A stretch of 20,777 nucleotides of DNA from NCBI GenBank assembly GCA_018985225.1, contig JADGIF010000098.1:1-20777 (forward strand), written 5' to 3'. The position numbers and the translations under genes are program-made. Positions within the stretch are counted from its first letter, which is position 1, and the number at the start of each line of letters is the position of its first letter. This DNA comes from Amoeboradix gromovi X-113. Its lineage: Eukaryota > Fungi > Sanchytriomycota. Under the pieces are notes generated by a model that saw only the letters and a program-made list of their open reading frames with translations, made no database searches and was not told the DNA's origin. Positions 18,523 through 20,777 of the stretch are shown one piece after another.

Positions 18523-18867
18523 ATGTCAAACGATGAGGAGCGTCAGCATTTATTAGCAGATCCAATAGCACTAAATCAAAGAGATGAAGAAATAAACTTA
18601 GTAGCAAGTGGCGTTAGAGATATTAATGACATCTTCAAAGACCTGTCTTCTATTGTAATGGAACAAGGTGGATTAATAGACCATATTGAAGGTAATGTTG
18701 GAGAAACCGCAACACATTTAACAAATGCAGATGACCAACTTATTTCCGCCAGTAACTCACAGTCGAGAAGACAAAAATGCATGCTCTGGTTGTGTCTAAT
18801 TTTATCAATACTTGTGACAATACTAGTAATTATATTTCTGATAAGGCTACATCCTTGGAGTGGTTGA
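18523..18867 (+). CDS. Minimal Qa-SNARE (syntaxin-7/Pep12/Vam3-like), SNARE motif plus TM only, 114 aa
   Basis: QRDEEI..VRDINDIFKDLSSIVMEQGGLIDHIEGNV..QL..A plus a TM helix. N-terminal EERQHLL acidic dileucine motif. Confidence 0.88.
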   Translation: MSNDEERQHLLADPIALNQRDEEINLVASGVRDINDIFKDLSSIVMEQGGLIDHIEGNVGETATHLTNADDQLISASNSQSRRQKCMLWLCLILSILVTILVIIFLIRLHPWSG

Positions 18868-19399
18868 GAAAATCAAAGTAAATAATATTCCAAAGGAATT
18901 CAGTTTCTTTTTTGCGAACAAGTGATCTAGGACAACAGTTGAGATAGTTTGAGATTTGCAGCAGAAACAGGAGAGCACAAGAAAATAAAACTATTATGAT
19001 AAGGCGCGCATACAAATAATAGCACAATAGCCTGCTTTGCTTTAGTGTGATGCGTCTCCTCATCGACCGGGAACAAGCAGCTCCTTTGGGTTTTAAAAAA
19101 CATGGCTTTCCTAGTGTGCACTCTTCGCAGCTTTCCGAGAACAAAAATAATGCGTTGATATAGTGAAATTGCACACCCAGCATTGAGATATTTTCTCGTC
19201 ATCATAGATTGACTGATAAATTTTGATCATTTTTGTAAGCGATTCCATTGAACACTGACGCTTTGCAATCTTAAATTTAAATAATTAAAGGCCTTTACCA
19301 TGTGAACACTTTGCTGTTAAGTGGACGCTTCTTTAAACCATTCAATTTCTGTAGCAATCCGTAGCCTCGACATAAAATTACATTATTTTGAGGATTTTG

Positions 19400-19456
19400 G
19401 ACCAATCAGCATCGATAATTTATAAATGCGTTGGAAATCGTTTTATAGACCAATCA
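19400..19456 (+). promoter_or_regulatory. Tandem CCAAT boxes upstream of histone H2A
   Basis: GACCAATCA at 19400-19408 and 19448-19456, with TATAAA at 19421. Confidence 0.55.
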
Positions 19457-19506
19457 AATCGCTTCATTTGTGACTTAAAAAGAAAATGTCCCAGTTGAAT
19501 CAGAAC

Positions 19507-19917
19507 ATGGCAGGCGCAGGTAAAGGAGGAAAGAAAGAAGCATCAGGAGCAAAGTCAAAGTCTAGATCTAGTAAAGCTGGATTACAATTTCCAGTTGGTC
19601 GTATCCATCGTTTACTAAGAAAGGGTAATTATGCGCAACGTATAGGAGCAGGAGCACCAGTGTACTTGGCAGCCGTATTGGAATACCTAAGTGCTGAAAT
19701 TCTTGAGTTGGCAGGAAATGCAGCAAGAGACAATAAGAAAACGAGAATCATTCCTCGACATTTACAATTGGCAATCAGAAATGATGAAGAACTAAACAAG
19801 CTGCTAGGAAGCGTCACTATTGCACAAGGTGGAGTCTTACCAAATATCCATGCTGTTCTTCTACCAAAGAAAGTTAAGGGAGCCGGTAAAGGACCAGCTG
19901 ACAGTCAAGAATATTAA
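19507..19917 (+). CDS. H2AX: Histone H2A, H2A.X-type (SQEY tail), 136 aa
   Basis: [42 protein letters not shown]. Start is 19507 (MAGAGKGGK) or 19486. Confidence 0.97.
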   Translation: MAGAGKGGKKEASGAKSKSRSSKAGLQFPVGRIHRLLRKGNYAQRIGAGAPVYLAAVLEYLSAEILELAGNAARDNKKTRIIPRHLQLAIRNDEELNKLLGSVTIAQGGVLPNIHAVLLPKKVKGAGKGPADSQEY

Positions 19918-20097
19918 GTAAATTATTATATTTTCATTGCGCCCGCGCTTCATACTTTTAATCAATCATTTTACAAGTTATAGCAGCCGGACACTGGTGA
20001 AATCCAAGCTCTTATCGGTTGAAGAATAGATAATTCATTATCCACTCTTCTGTAGATCTTTCAAAAGTACAAAACTAAAGGCATAAAAAAAGAGTAT

Positions 20098-20770
<673 letters not shown>

Positions 20771-20777
20771 TTAGACT

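Overview
Gene-dense, AT-rich eukaryotic nuclear DNA using the standard code (TAA, TAG and TGA all act as stops). It is most likely an early-diverging fungus or holomycotan with a streamlined genome. This is an inference from fungal-type genes (PacC-like zinc finger, uL5m/Mrpl7, Leu5-like carrier, Snc-like VAMP) next to ancestral opisthokont genes (WNK, MyTH4-FERM, TSP1 repeats, H2A.X-SQEY). There are 17 protein genes with recognisable families or domains, two orphan or eroded ORFs and one tRNA-Val(UAC). Two signals stand out. (1) Four genes the ORF track breaks or truncates are repaired by very small spliceosomal introns of 19, 19, 19 and 22 nt, with a branch motif fused to the 3' splice site (NAYTAAY-N-TAG, branch A at -6). 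(2) The larger intergenic gaps hold decayed Fanzor (eukaryotic TnpB, RNA-guided nuclease) elements: one Fanzor1-like, two related Fanzor2/IS607-like copies sharing a conserved non-coding 3' tail (putative omegaRNA), and a probable fourth fragment. Other streamlining features are abutting convergent stop codons, A(A/G)TAAA poly(A)-like signals overlapping stops, a CCCT motif just before many ATGs, and domain-stripped proteins (motor-less myosin-VII-type tail, Habc-less syntaxin, zinc-finger-only PacC-like protein). All calls come from manual reading; no searches were run.
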